Assembly: GCF_964213995.1 (NCBI RefSeq)
Contig: NW_027590140.1
Location: 992,001-1,056,000, forward strand
From: Mustelus asterias
Lineage: Eukaryota
Length of the DNA stretch: 64,000 nt
Reading direction: 5' to 3'
Each line of letters starts with the position of its first letter. The first letter of the stretch is position 1. Under the pieces are notes generated by a model. It was given only the letters and a program-made list of their open reading frames with translations. It did no database searches and was not told where the DNA came from. This document shows, piece by piece, positions 26,113-38,500 of this stretch. A program made the position numbers and the translations under genes.

Positions 26113-26485
26113 TGAGGAGAAATGCAACATGTCCTCTGTTAGTGACCAACGCCTCTGCTGATAATTCGACCTATCAAGGGAAAAAAGGCACAACCAAACT
26201 GAGGAGAAACTGTGATAATGCGGGGATTGCGGGAAGGGATTCAAGCAACATAAAGTAAGAGACAAATGAATGGGGAAAGAAGCGCGAATGAAAATCACAT
26301 CCTTACATCGGAAGAACAGAGTCTGATACCAGCCAATCAGATTGCCGAAAACCCCAGCATCTGACGGTTTCTCTGGTACATCTTACATTAGGGGAATATT
26401 GAAGTTGTTGATTCGCTTCGTGCCTTTCTGCTGTGAGATGTGCTATATTTTCCGATTGACATTTTTATTGTATTACACGGGGCAA

Positions 26486-26905
26486 ATGAATCTGTTCCAT
26501 TTTATTATGGTTCTACTAATTTGTAAGTGCAAGAAATTTACTCTATAACGTGTGGAGACTGCTATTTAAATACATTTTGCTCCAGTGCCTAATTGACTAA
26601 ATGTTTTTTTTTATAGATCGGTGTCGTTCGGACTAAGTTTCACAAACTCCCATAGCCAGAACAGCCCAGAGCGGGGATTCGGTGCGGCTAAACTGCAGCT
26701 ATGATATGTCCAGCATTTACAGAATGTATCGGTACAGAGAAAAACCCGGTCAAGGTCTGCAGTGGATAATACGTAGATTCTCGGATGGCAAAGAGAGAAA
26801 GGACCGATTCGAATTGGAACTTTCCACTGCGGACAAATCGAGCCAGTTGATGATTGAAAACACGGAGAGCACGGATACCGCTTTATATTACGGTGCGATA
26901 GAGCC
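26486..26905 (+). pseudogene. TCR alpha/delta-type V pseudogene (leader 26486-26522, intron 26523-26616, V exon 26617-26905)
   Basis: Leader MNLFHFIMVLLI plus phase-1 GTAAGT donor; D*VSQTP..GDSVRLNCSY..MYRYREKPGQGLQW..DRF..DTALYYGAIE; in-frame TAA, conserved Trp->Arg and second Cys->Gly. Confidence 0.9.
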
Positions 26906-26944
26906 CACACTGAGAGGAAAGACGGCAGTCACTGTACAAAAACC
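26906..26944 (+). other. 23-bp-spacer recombination signal sequence
   Basis: CACACTG + 23 nt + ACAAAAACC. Confidence 0.93.
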
Positions 26945-27174
26945 TCACGCCTGTTTACAGTTGCTGTAGCAATCAAATAAACAGCACACTGCAGGCAAGA
27001 CGTGTCAGAACGAGAACAGGAAATGGAGTATGTGAGCGCGGTTGCCAGGGCTTTGCAATTCCTGACAGCGGCTTTGCTCAGACATATTGACAGTCAGGGC
27101 ATAATTTATCAGATTGAAGAAGCAGTCACTCAGTGAGAGTGGGGTTTGTGATGAGAAAATCATCCGCATTCTTT

Positions 27175-27495
27175 AATTTAAGGATGATACTGCATTGTCT
27201 GACAGTCTGAGGATTCGGGGTAGACCATTTAGGACGGAGGTGAGGAGACATTTCTTCACCCAAAGAGTGGTGAGCCTGTGGAATTCATTACCACAGGAAG
27301 TAGTTGATGGCAAAACATTGAATGCATTCAAGAGGCGGCTAGAATTAGCACTTTGGGCAAATGAGATCAAAGGTTGTGGGGATAAAGCAGGATTAGGCTT
27401 TTGAGTTGGACGATCAGCTATGATCGTAATGAAAGGCGGAGCAGGCTGAAAGGGCCGAATGGCCTCCTCCTCTTCCTTTTTCTATGTTTCTATGT
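27175..27495 (+). mobile_element. CR1 3' end fragment
   Basis: RRHFFTQRVVSLWNSLP; (TTTCTATG) tail. Confidence 0.85.
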
Positions 27496-27499
27496 CTCG

Positions 27500-28295
27500 A
27501 ATCAGACATTTGGTCTATGCCCAAATACCGCAAGACCTGGACAATATTCAGGTTTGATCTGATAAGCAACCAACACTCACGTCGCAAAAGTTCCAGACCA
27601 TGATCATCTCTTAAAAGAGAGGATCTAACCAACGTTCCTTGATGTTCAATGGCATTGCCATTGCTGAATCCTCCCCCCTGCTCCCGCCTCCCCACCTCCC
27701 CCCCGCCCCCGCCCCCCATCCCCCCCCCCCCTACATCCTAGGAGTCGACCGAAAATTGAACTGGACCCAGGAATATTAATACAGTGGCTACCAGAGCAGA
27801 TCCAATTAATCCTGCGGCGAGTAACACGCCTCGTGACTCCCCAAAGCCTGTCCAGCATCTATAAGGTAGAAGTCAGGAGTGTGATGGGATACTCTCTGCT
27901 TGCTTGGATGAATGTAGCTCCAACAAAACTCAATAAGGTCGACAAGATACATGAAAAAGCAGCCCACTTGATTGCTACCCATTCCATAAACATCCATTCC
28001 TGCCACCACAGACGAACAGTGGCAGCCGTGTGCACCACCTACAAAATAGACAGCAGCGACTCACCAAGGTTTTTTTTAGATCGCAAAATCCAAACACACG
28101 AAGGACAAGGGCAGCAGGCACATGGGAACACGACAACCTAGAGGTTCCCTTCCAAGTTATTCCACATCCTTACTTGGAAATATATCGCTATTCCTTCACG
28201 GTCACTGGGTCAACACCCTGGAACTCCCTCACTAACAGCACATGGGTGTACCTGCATCTCGGGCAGCGCTTCAAGAAGGCAGCTCACCACCAGAC
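27500..28295 (+). mobile_element. CR1/L2-clade LINE 3' fragment (second family)
   Basis: IYKVEVRSVMGYSLLAWM motif; related antisense copies at about 29240-29760 and 42235-43035. Confidence 0.7.
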
Positions 28296-28319
28296 AATAC
28301 ACTAATGTCAGCTGTGAGA

Positions 28320-28665
28320 ATCGACTATCTTCGTGCTGATGGGTAAGCATCTGTGTCCCGGATTTATAATAATAGTCGTGCTGTTGGGTGAGTCTGTGTG
28401 GCAGTTATTCTACATCTTATTTGTTAAGCACTTAAGATTTTTATCCAATTAGTATTTAGTATACTCCAAGAGTACCGGAGATTCGGTGTCCGGGGGGTTA
28501 TTTGAGCGAGCAATTCTGAAAGAACAGCCTGTAATTTTCTGCCATATTTTCACCTGAGTTCACCCTTCTGATGATATTCCTGGTTCGTGCTTACTATGTA
28601 AATCGCGGCATGGGGATTTCCCAAACTGCTTCTTTGCCGATCTCAGTCAAGACAAAGAGGCGGGG
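28320..28665 (+). pseudogene. Possible highly decayed TCR V relic
   Basis: STIFVLM-G|GTAAGC donor; STGDSVSG..ILKEQPVIF; a W codon in a shifted frame; PNCFFADLSQDKEAG; truncated by a SINE fragment, no RSS. Confidence 0.4.
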
Positions 28666-30187
28666 GGAGATGGGGGGCGGGGGAAGGGGGGGGGGGTGTG
28701 GGGGATCAGCTAGGGTAAATGCATAGGGTGATGGGGATAGGGCCTGGGTAGGATTGTTGTCGGTGCAGACGCGATGGGCCGAATGGTCTCTTCTGCACTG
28801 TAGGGATTCCATGATTCTATGCTGAGTGCTTTCAACAATTTTGGCTTTTAAAGAGATTTCTGAGCTGCTTTGGATACAAACAAATGAGTGAGACTTTGGT
28901 GAAAGGACTGCAAGTGTAGACTCATTGGTAGAGTGGAACGATTCTTGCTCTTGGTCTTTGAGGTCAAAGTATGCGAGAAGTCTAGACTTCACATGCGGGC
29001 CGAGCTGTTTGATGTTTATTGACTCATCCGCAGGTTTTGTGCATTTCTTTCAGGTGCAGACAGCGGGATTGGTTAATATGTGGTCTGGTTTGAAATCCTG
29101 AGCACAAACTGCAGGGAATCCATCAGCACAACACGCTCACGAGAAAAAAACATTTTCAAAAGGGTTGACTTGGCAGCGGATATTCAGTTTGTCACCATTC
29201 ACCTGTTCAAGGGATCCCATAATTGCCCGTTCTTTTTCTTTTATTCATTAACGAGATGTGGGTGTCACTGGCTGGGCCTGCATTTATTACCCATCACTAA
29301 TTACCCTTGACAAGGTGGTGGTGAGCTGCCTTCTTGAGCAGTGCAGTGTATTCATAGAATCATAGAATCATAGAAACCCTACAGTACAGAAAGAGGCCAT
29401 TCGGCCCATCGCGTCTGCACCGACCACAATCCCACCCAGGCCCTACCCCCATATCCCTACATATTTACCCACTATTGGTGTAGGTACATCCATAGTGCTG
29501 TTCGTGAAGGGGTACGGGTTGTTTTCCCTGGTCATTATATTTCCAAGTCAAGGTCATTGATTGCCTTGAGGGGAACTTGCAAGTGGTTGCGGTCTTGGAT
29601 TTGAAAACAGCTGTCTGGGGTGTATTTGGTGAGTTCCTGCATCATCCAAATAAGTGGGGAGTATTCACTGACACCCGACTTGTGCCTTGCAGATGGTGGA
29701 CAGGTTTTGGGGAGTCAGGTGAGTTACTCGCTGCAGGATTCCCAGCCTCTGATCTGCTCGTGAAGACACTGCACGAACTGATAATATGTGTGCTGAGTCA
29801 AAATAGGAGCATTTCTTTTCCTGCTCAGTGTGCAGAGAATTTTCAACACTTCTATTTCTTTGTTCTGGATACGTGTTGAGGCATATGTAAGAGCTAATGG
29901 CACATGTGTGTAAAATATTATGTTCAAGTAATATTCGATCGTTGATTCACTGAGGGGAGCGGTGAGTGGTTGGGTAGCCTTATTGTATTGAGACAGCAGT
30001 TTGAATTCCAACACGGCAGGTTAACTCAGCAATTCAATTCAAGGGCAATTAGGGATGATTGTAAATGAATAAAGACACTCTGAATGATGAAACTTTTCCT
30101 CACAAGTGAACGCAGAATTTTTTTAAAAAATCTGCCTGATTTCGAAACATTGGACCAACATGTAACATCTTCCACAAGGATGGGTGT

Positions 30188-30260
30188 GGGCCAGTGGCGT
30201 AATGAGTAACGGCTCTCCCTGCATATCAGGCGATTCCAAGTTCGACTCCTGGTTAGTTCG
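30188..30260 (+). pseudogene. tRNA-Arg(ACG)-type pseudogene
   Basis: GGGCCAGTGGCGTAATGAGTAAC..GATTCCAAGTTCGACTCCTGGTTAGTTCG. Confidence 0.7.
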
Positions 30261-31859
30261 GCGTGAAACTTCAAAATAAGTTCACAAATTCCATGTTACT
30301 TTGGATAAAAAATGTCTGCAATAACTTTCGACCTCTTCAGGCAGATACTGACGAACTTTAGTCCGCTTCTCTGGAGAAATTCATGTTAGCTAATTGCTTT
30401 TCAACAGAAACTGATTATTTTAAGTTAAATTCTGCTCAAAGATTTTCATCAAGTAAGTTTAAGACATTAAGTAAATGTTAATCTCAATTACGTTTTGTTC
30501 ATAATCCAAAATGTTTGAGAGAATTTACACAATTTTGTATAATTTGCGTCATCAAATTCAGCATTTCTGATTTTGAAGAAAGCATGTGAGGCCGGAGTCA
30601 GAGCAAAGATAATATGGCTGCAACATCGAGATTCAGGTAATGTTTACCAACAAACTGAAATCAAACATATTCCTCTCACCCTGCATGGGAAACCTAAATG
30701 AATGTTCCTTCCTGGTTCGGAACCAGGAACCGCCTGCGTATTAGGTGAATGTGATAACCAAGTGACAGCATAGCGCCGCCAATCGGCCTGACTACAATGT
30801 TCAACTCCACTGTGTTGCTGCAGGTTCTCGCGGTTAGATTGAGGGCCCATGTCACTCAATACAAGAACATATCCGTTACTTTGAACCTGACGTCTCAACT
30901 TATCTTGTACTTCAAAATTAAAAAGCGATCGTCCGGCAAATGTCTAAGGGAGCAATGATTTCTGCTCAATCATTAATGCAGCATTCTCATCTTCCGTCCA
31001 ATAATTTCAACCGTTTATATCCAGTATTGGTTCGTTATTCAACATTTAATATCAATACATGTATTTAACCAAATGCCCGCATTCTGAATTGAATATCTCT
31101 GAAATATAAAATATTGAATTGCAAACATGACAGGCCATCAAAATAAATCGATTCACTGTGTAATACACATCCTATGGTACTGATTTGAGAATGGCCATAT
31201 TTTTTTTAGAAATCAAATATCTTCCAAGGGAAGAGATTTATGAATGTTCTGTTATTTATACTTGATCCTTCTTTATTCTGTTTGTCAAACATTGTGGCAT
31301 CTAAATCTCGTTCATCTGCAGGAAGTCCAGCAGGTCCGCACTGATTCGCGATTTCCTCATCTGCCTGAGTGCTTGTTTCCTATTTCTTTATCATGAAGAA
31401 CAATTTTAAAAATGATGCTTCGAAGAAATGTGCGCCATTACCTCTAATTCAATTGCAGCTTCACTTCTGTTTGCCTTCATGAGGAGGCAATACGATCAGA
31501 CATGTTTCAGATGGTGATTAGATATGTTAGTCTGCATCCATAAACCCATTAAATTCTGTTGTGGGCTGAACGAGGAGCGAATATGTATGCAAACCATACA
31601 AACATTTATTTGCTGCCATAGCGTCCTAAAATACAGCATTTCTGATTTTCCTCAAAGCATTTGAGTTGGTGTAACCTCGAGGTTCGCTGAATGTTGAATC
31701 ATGCAGAAACCAAAAGAGAAAATGCTGGAAAGTCTCAGCAGGTCTGGCAGCATCTGTAAGGAGACAAAAGAGCTGACGTTTCGAGTCCAGTTGACTCCTT
31801 GTCAAATCTTTATTAAATCATGCAGACTTCGCCAAAGCTTAACGAGAAGGATCCAAAAG

Positions 31860-31932
31860 TGCTTGCGCCCTGTTTCAAACCGGGGTCTTTCCGCGTGTGA
31901 GGCGAATGTAATAACCACGACACTACAGAAAC
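31860..31932 (-). pseudogene. tRNA-Val (CAC) pseudogene
   Basis: GCCCTGTTTCAAACCGGGG..CGCGTGTGAGGCGAATGTAATAACCACGACACTACAGAAAC. Confidence 0.8.
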
Positions 31933-32199
31933 TGACAGCACCCTGCAGCTAATCGGCCTGTCGGCAATGTTCAACCGCGCTGTGTTGCTGCAGGGTCCAA
32001 TGGTTCGACTGAGAGCCCACGTTACTTAATTCAAGAAGAAAGCTGTCTCTTTCAACCTAATTTCTCAACTTAGCTTGATCTTCAAAATGTAAAAGTGTTC
32101 GTCTGGCAAATTTCTAAAAGGGCAATGATTTCTGCTGATTCATGAATGCATCATTCTCATCTTCCTTCGAATAATCTCAACCAATTGTACTCATTATTT

Positions 32200-34705
32200 C
32201 GAACATAGAGCACAGAACATAGAAAAGCTACAGCACAAACAGGCCCTTCGGCCCACAAGTTGCACCGAACATGTCCCTACCTAATAGGCTTACCTATAAC
32301 CCTATATCTTACTAACTTCCATGAGCTTATCCAAAAGTCTCTTAAAAGACCCTATCGAATCCGCCTCCACCACCACTACCGGCAGCCGATTCCACGCACC
32401 CACCACCCTCTGAACGAAAAACATACCCCTAACATCTCCTCTGTACCTACTCCCCAGCACCCTAAACCTGTGACCTCTTGTGGCAACCATTACAGACCTG
32501 GGTGAAAGCCTCTGAGAATCCACTCTATCAATACCCCTCAACATCTTATACATCTCTATCAGATCACCCCTTATCCTTCGCCTCTCCAAGCAGAAAATAC
32601 CTAGCTCTCTCAACCTATCCCCATAAGGCATACCACCTAATCCAGGCAACATCCTTGTAAATCACCTCTGCACCCTTTCTATGGCTTCCACATCCTTTCT
32701 GTAATGAGGCGACCAGAACTTGGCACAGTACTCCAGGTGGGGTCTGACCAGGGACCGATACATCTGCAGCATTATCTCCCGATTTCTAAACTCAATTCCT
32801 CTATTGATGAAGGCCAGTATTCCATACGCCTTCTTAACCACAGCCTCCACCTGCGACGCTGCTTTGACCGTCCTATGAACCCGGAGCCCAAGGTCCTTCT
32901 GATCTTCCACACTGCCAAGCGTCCTACCCTTAATATTATATTATTTCATCCTATTCGACCTGTCAAAATGACCCACCACACACTTATCTGGGTTGAAGTC
33001 CATCTGCCACTTCTCCGCCCAGTCTTGCATCTTATCTATGTCTCTTTGCAACTGCTGACATCCCTCTACATTATCCACAACCCCACCAACCATTGTGTCA
33101 TCAGCAAACTTGCCAACCCATCCTTCCACTTCCTCTTCCAAGTCATTTATAAAAATCACAAAGAGCAAGGGTCCCAGAACAGATCCCTGAGGCACTCCAC
33201 TGGTGACAGACCTCCATGCTGAAAAAGACCCATCTACAACCACTCTTTGCCTTCTGTGGGCAAGCCAGTTCTGAATCCACAAAGCAATGTCCCCTTGAAT
33301 CCCATGCCCCTTCACTTTCTCAATGAGCTTTGCATGGGGCACCTTATCAAACGCCTTGCTGAAATCCATATAAACTACATCTACCACTCTTCCCTCGTCT
33401 ATGTGTCTGTTACATCTTCAAAAAATTCAATTAGGCTCGTAAGGCATGATCTGCCTTGGTCAAAGCCGTGCTGGCTATTTCTGATCATACTATTCCTCTC
33501 CAGATGTTCATAAATCCTGCCTCTCAGGATCTTCTCCATCAACTTACCAACCACTGAGGTTAGACTCACCGGTCTATAATTTCCCGGGCTATCTCTTCTC
33601 CCTTTCTTGAAGAACGGAACCACATCCGCAATCCTCCAATCCTCTGGAACCTCTCCCGTCTCCATTGATGATGCAAAGATCATCGCCCGAGGCTCAGCAA
33701 TCTCGTCCCTCGCCTCCCACAGTAACCTGGGGTACATCCCATCCGGTTCCGGCGATTTATCTAACTTGATGCTTTTCAAAACCTCCAGCACATCCTATTT
33801 CCTAATGTCCACATGCTCAATCTTCTCAGTCCACTGCAAGTCTGCACTGCAACAACCAAGATCCTTTTCCACTGTGAATACTGAAGCAAAGTATTCATTG
33901 AGTACCTCTGCCATTTCTACCGGTTCTATGCAGACTTTCCCACCGTCACATTTGATAGGTCCTACTCCTTCACATCTTATCCTCTTGCTCTTAACATAGT
34001 TGTAGAATGCCTTGGGGTTTTCCTTTATGCTGTCTGCCAAGGCCTTCTCATGACCCCTTCTTGCTCTTCTAATTTACCTCTTAAGTTCCTTCTGACCAGT
34101 CGTATACTCTTCTAGATTTCTAACATTACTTAGCTCCCTGAACCTTTTGTAGGGTTTTATTTTCTTCTTGACTAAATTCGTTACAGCTTTCGTGCACCAT
34201 GATTCCTGTGACCTACCATAACTCCCCTGTCTCATTGGAACGTTGCTGTGTAGAGCTCCAGACAAATTTTCCTTGAAGATTTGCCACATTTCTTCTGAAC
34301 ATTTTCCTGAGAAAACCTCCTTCCAATTTATGCCTCTAATTTCCTGCCTAATAGCCTCATAAATACCCTTACTCCAAATAAACACTTTCCAAGCTTGACT
34401 GATCCTATCTCTCTCCAATGCTAATGTAAAGGAGATAGAGTTATGATCACTATCCCCAAAATGCTCTCTCACTGAGAGATCTGACACCTGCCCAGGTTCA
34501 TTCCCTAATACCAAATCAAGTACAGCCTCTCCTCTTGTACGCTTATTCACATACTGTGTCAGGAAGCCCTCCAGAGCACACCTAACAAACTCCTCCCCAT
34601 TTAAACCCCTTACCCTAGGGATATTCCAATCGATATTTGGGAACTTAAAATCTCCCATCACGACCACTCTGTTATTATCACATCTCTCCAGGATCTGCTT
34701 CCCTT
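32200..34705 (-). mobile_element. CR1 LINE inserted in a Val-array unit
   Basis: Serial broken ORFs from GDFKFP and SDHN through FADDT to the C-terminus; unit sequence resumes at about 34705. Confidence 0.95.
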
Positions 34706-35434
34706 TGTTTCGTTATTCAATATTTAATATCAATACATTTTTTGACACAAATATCCTCATTATGAATTGAATATCTCTGAAAATGAATATTACTGAATTG
34801 GAAACATAACTGAGCAAAAAAAGGAAACGAGTCACCGGGTAATACAGATCCTATGGTGCATACTTGAGATTGAGCATAGTCAGCTTTTAAACAAAGTCAA
34901 TTATATTTAAATAGAAGAGATTGAAGAATTACCTGTTAATTATACTTGAGCATTGTTATAAAATTATGGATGTGAAACATTCAGACATATAAAATCTGCC
35001 CATCTATTGGAAAGTCCTGTTGATCCGCACTGAGTCTTGATTTCATCATCTGTCTGAATGGTTTTTCCGACTTCTTTGTTACGAAAAACGATTTTTAAAA
35101 TGATTCTTCTGGGCAATGTGCGCCATTTTCTCTAGTTCACTTACAGTATCACTTGTGTCTGCCATTTGGATCGCACTCTACTATTTGACATGTTTCAGTT
35201 GGTGATTAAGTATGTTAGTCTGCATCTATAAACCCATTAAATTCTGCTGTACACGAAAATGTTTTTTTTCTGTGAGTTTGTCAAAAATTTAGGCTTTTCT
35301 TATTTTACAGAAAGCATTGGAGGCCGAGTTCAGAGAAAAGAAACTATGGCTGTAACATCGAGATTCGGATAATGCTCAGCGACGAACTGAAATCATCCAG
35401 GTCTTCCTCACCCTACATGAGAAAACTTAATGAA

Positions 35435-35500
35435 TGTTTCTGCCCGTTCTCGGACATGCCGCGTGTTAGGCGAACGTGATAACCGCTACAATACAGAAAC
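35435..35500 (-). pseudogene. tRNA-Val (AAC) pseudogene
   Basis: CGCGTGTTAGGCGAACGTGATAACCGCTACAATACAGAAAC; T arm deleted. Confidence 0.78.
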
Positions 35501-38500
35501 AGCTAACATTGCAAAACCACCAATTGGCTTGACTACAATGTTCAACTCCATTGTGTTACTGCAGATTCTCGTGGTCAGATTGAGACCCCTTGTCACTAAT
35601 TACAAGAACACATCCGTTACTTTCAACCTGATATCTCAACTTACCTTGTACTTCAAAACAAAAAAAAACGTTCGCACGGCAAATGTCTGAGGGAGCATTG
35701 ATTTCTGCTCAATCATTAATGCATCATTCTCATTTTTGGTCGAAAAGTTCAACCAGTTATATCCAGTATTTGTCATTATTCAGCATTTAATGTTAATACA
35801 TTTTTAACACATGTCGTCATTCTGAATTGAATATCTCTGAAATATACAACATTGAATTGCAAACATGACTGACCAACAAAAGAAATCGAGTCACTGGGTA
35901 ATACACATGCCATGGTGCTTATTTGAGATTGACCATAATAATCTTTTAAACAAAATCAAATATCTTTCAAGGGAAGAGAGTTAAGAATGATCTGTTCGTT
36001 ATTCTTGATCCCTCTTTATTCCGTGTGTGAAACATCCAGACGCCTAAATCTCGTTCATCTAAAGAAAGTCCAGCAAGTCCGCACTGATTTTTGATTTCCT
36101 CATCTGCCTGAGTGGATGGTCCTGTTTCTTTATCATGAAGATCAATTTTTAAAAGATGCTTCTGGGAAATGTGCGCCATTTCCTCTAGTCCAGTTACAGT
36201 TTCACTTGTGTCTATCTTTACGAGCACGCAGTACCATCAGACATGTTTCAGATGGTGATTAGATATGTTAGTCTGCACGGATAAACACATTAAATTCTGT
36301 TGTGGACTGAACGAGTTGCGAATATGTGTACACATTTAAAAAACATTTATTTCCTTTCATTGTGTCCTAAAATACAGCATTTCTGATTTTGCTGAAAGCA
36401 TTTGAGTTAATTAAACATCGAGATTCGCCAAATGTTGAGTAATGAACTTAAATCATGCGGACTTCGGTCACGCTTAGTGAGAATGATCCAACAGCGTTTC
36501 GGCGCGCTTTTGAACCGGGAACATTTCGCATGTAAAACTTCGTAGAACTTCGACGCGACAGAAACAGCTGAGAGCACACTTCAACTAATCGGCTTGCCCG
36601 TAATGTTCAACTGTGCTGTGATGCTGCAGGTTCCATTGCTTTGACTGAGAACCCATTTCGCTTAATGCAAGAAGAAAACCGTTACTTGCAACCTAATTTC
36701 TCAACTTATCTTGAAATTCAAAAATTAAAAACGTTCGCCTGGCAAATATCTAAGTGAGCAATGATTTCTGTTCAATCAGTAACGCATCATTTTCAACTTC
36801 CTTCGAATAATGTCAACCAATTGTACTTAGTATTTGTTTCGTTGTTCAATATTTAATACAATACATTATTTAACACATGTCCTGATTGTGAATTCAATAT
36901 CTCTGAAATTGAATATCATTGAATTGCAAACATAACCTACCAACAAAAGGAATCGAGTCACCGGTTAATACAGACCCCAGGGTGCTGATTAGAGATTGAC
37001 CATAGTCTGCTTTTAAACAAAGTCAACATTTTTTAAATGGAAGAGATTTAAGTATTATCCATTATGTGGAGATGCCGGCGTTGGACTGATGAAGGAGCAG
37101 CTCTACGGATGCTTGTGCTACAAATAAACCTGTTCGACTTTAACCTGGTGCTGTGTGACGTATTATCCATTAGTTATACTTGAGCCTTTTTTATTCTGTG
37201 TGAAACATTCAGGCGCCTAAATTCCGTCAACCTATCGGAAAGTCCAGTGGATCTAAACTGAGTCTGAGCCTGAGTGGTTTTTCCTATTTGTTAGTTATGA
37301 AGAACGACTAAAAAAAAGATTCTTCTGGGAAATGTGTGCCATTTCCTCTAGTTCATTTACAGGATCACTTGCTCCAGTATTTTTGAGCACACACTAGATT
37401 CAGAGATGTTTCAGATGGTGATTAACTATGTTAGTCTGCAACTATAACCCCATTAATTTCTGTTGCACACTGAACGAACGAGATCCTACTTTCTGCACTC
37501 TCTCGTTTCCTTCTCTATGAACGATGTGCTTTGTCTGTATAGCGCACTCGAAACAATATTTTTCACTGTATGCTAAGACATGTGAAAATAGTAAATCAAA
37601 TAAAATAAAAATTTATGTGTGCACAGAGAAACGTTTCTTTCCTGTCAGTGCGTCAAAGAAATCAGCACTTCCAATTGAACAGAAAGCCTTCGGAGCCGAG
37701 ATCAGGTCAAAGAAAGTACACCTGTAACATCGAGATTCGGATAACTTTGAGCAACAAACCTAAATCCGACAGATTTCCCTCACACTACATGTGAAAGCTA
37801 AAGTATCGTTGATGCCCGGTTTGAACAGCGGCTCTCTCACACGTTAGGCGAAAGTGATAACCACGACATTACAGAACAAAGTGACAGCAACGCGCCCCAA
37901 TGGGCCTGGCTGCAACGTTCCAAATGTGTAGGAAACAAGTGCAAGGAAAAAAGTGTAGGAAGAATCTGTGGAATGCATTGACCGCAGAAGGCTGTGGAAG
38001 ACAGGTAATTGAGTGTATTTAACACCGAGATGGATAGGTCCTTGATTGGTAATGGGATCAAAGGTTACGCGCAAAGGGAGGGAGAATGGGGTAGAGAAAC
38101 GTATCAGTCATGGTCGAATGGTGGAGCAGGCTCAATGCGCCGAATAGCCTACTTCTGCTCCTATATTTTAATGCCTATTGGTCTAAACGGCAGCTGTGAT
38201 ATCTTCTGTGTTTGCATGGGAGGTTTGGAGTCGGGAGTAGGGGTTTGCTGGAAGGGGCGGTGGAGGCACGAATGGGTTATTTTCCAGGGGTCCTGGGAAA
38301 ACTTGGAGCGTGGGATTGAGTGAAAACCATTGATAAACAATGAAGGTATTCACAATCTGCTGTATGTTATTTCCCTGCAATGATGTGATCACAGCCCTGG
38401 TTCTTATTTGATAATTATTTACAACTGTTTGTGGCTACCCTCGCAACTTTGTGGTGGTGGCTTAGCGATATTGTAGCTGGACTAGTAATCCATAAACAAA

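Larger units (their letters stand above)
30540..37925 (-). repeat. Tandem array of units of about 1.1 kb, each with a tRNA-Val pseudogene (near 30703, 31860, 35435, 36495, 37806)
   Basis: Recurring blocks (TGAATTGAATATCTCTGAAA, CATGTTTCAGATGGTGATTA, AACATCGAGATTC) next to each Val remnant. Confidence 0.88.
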
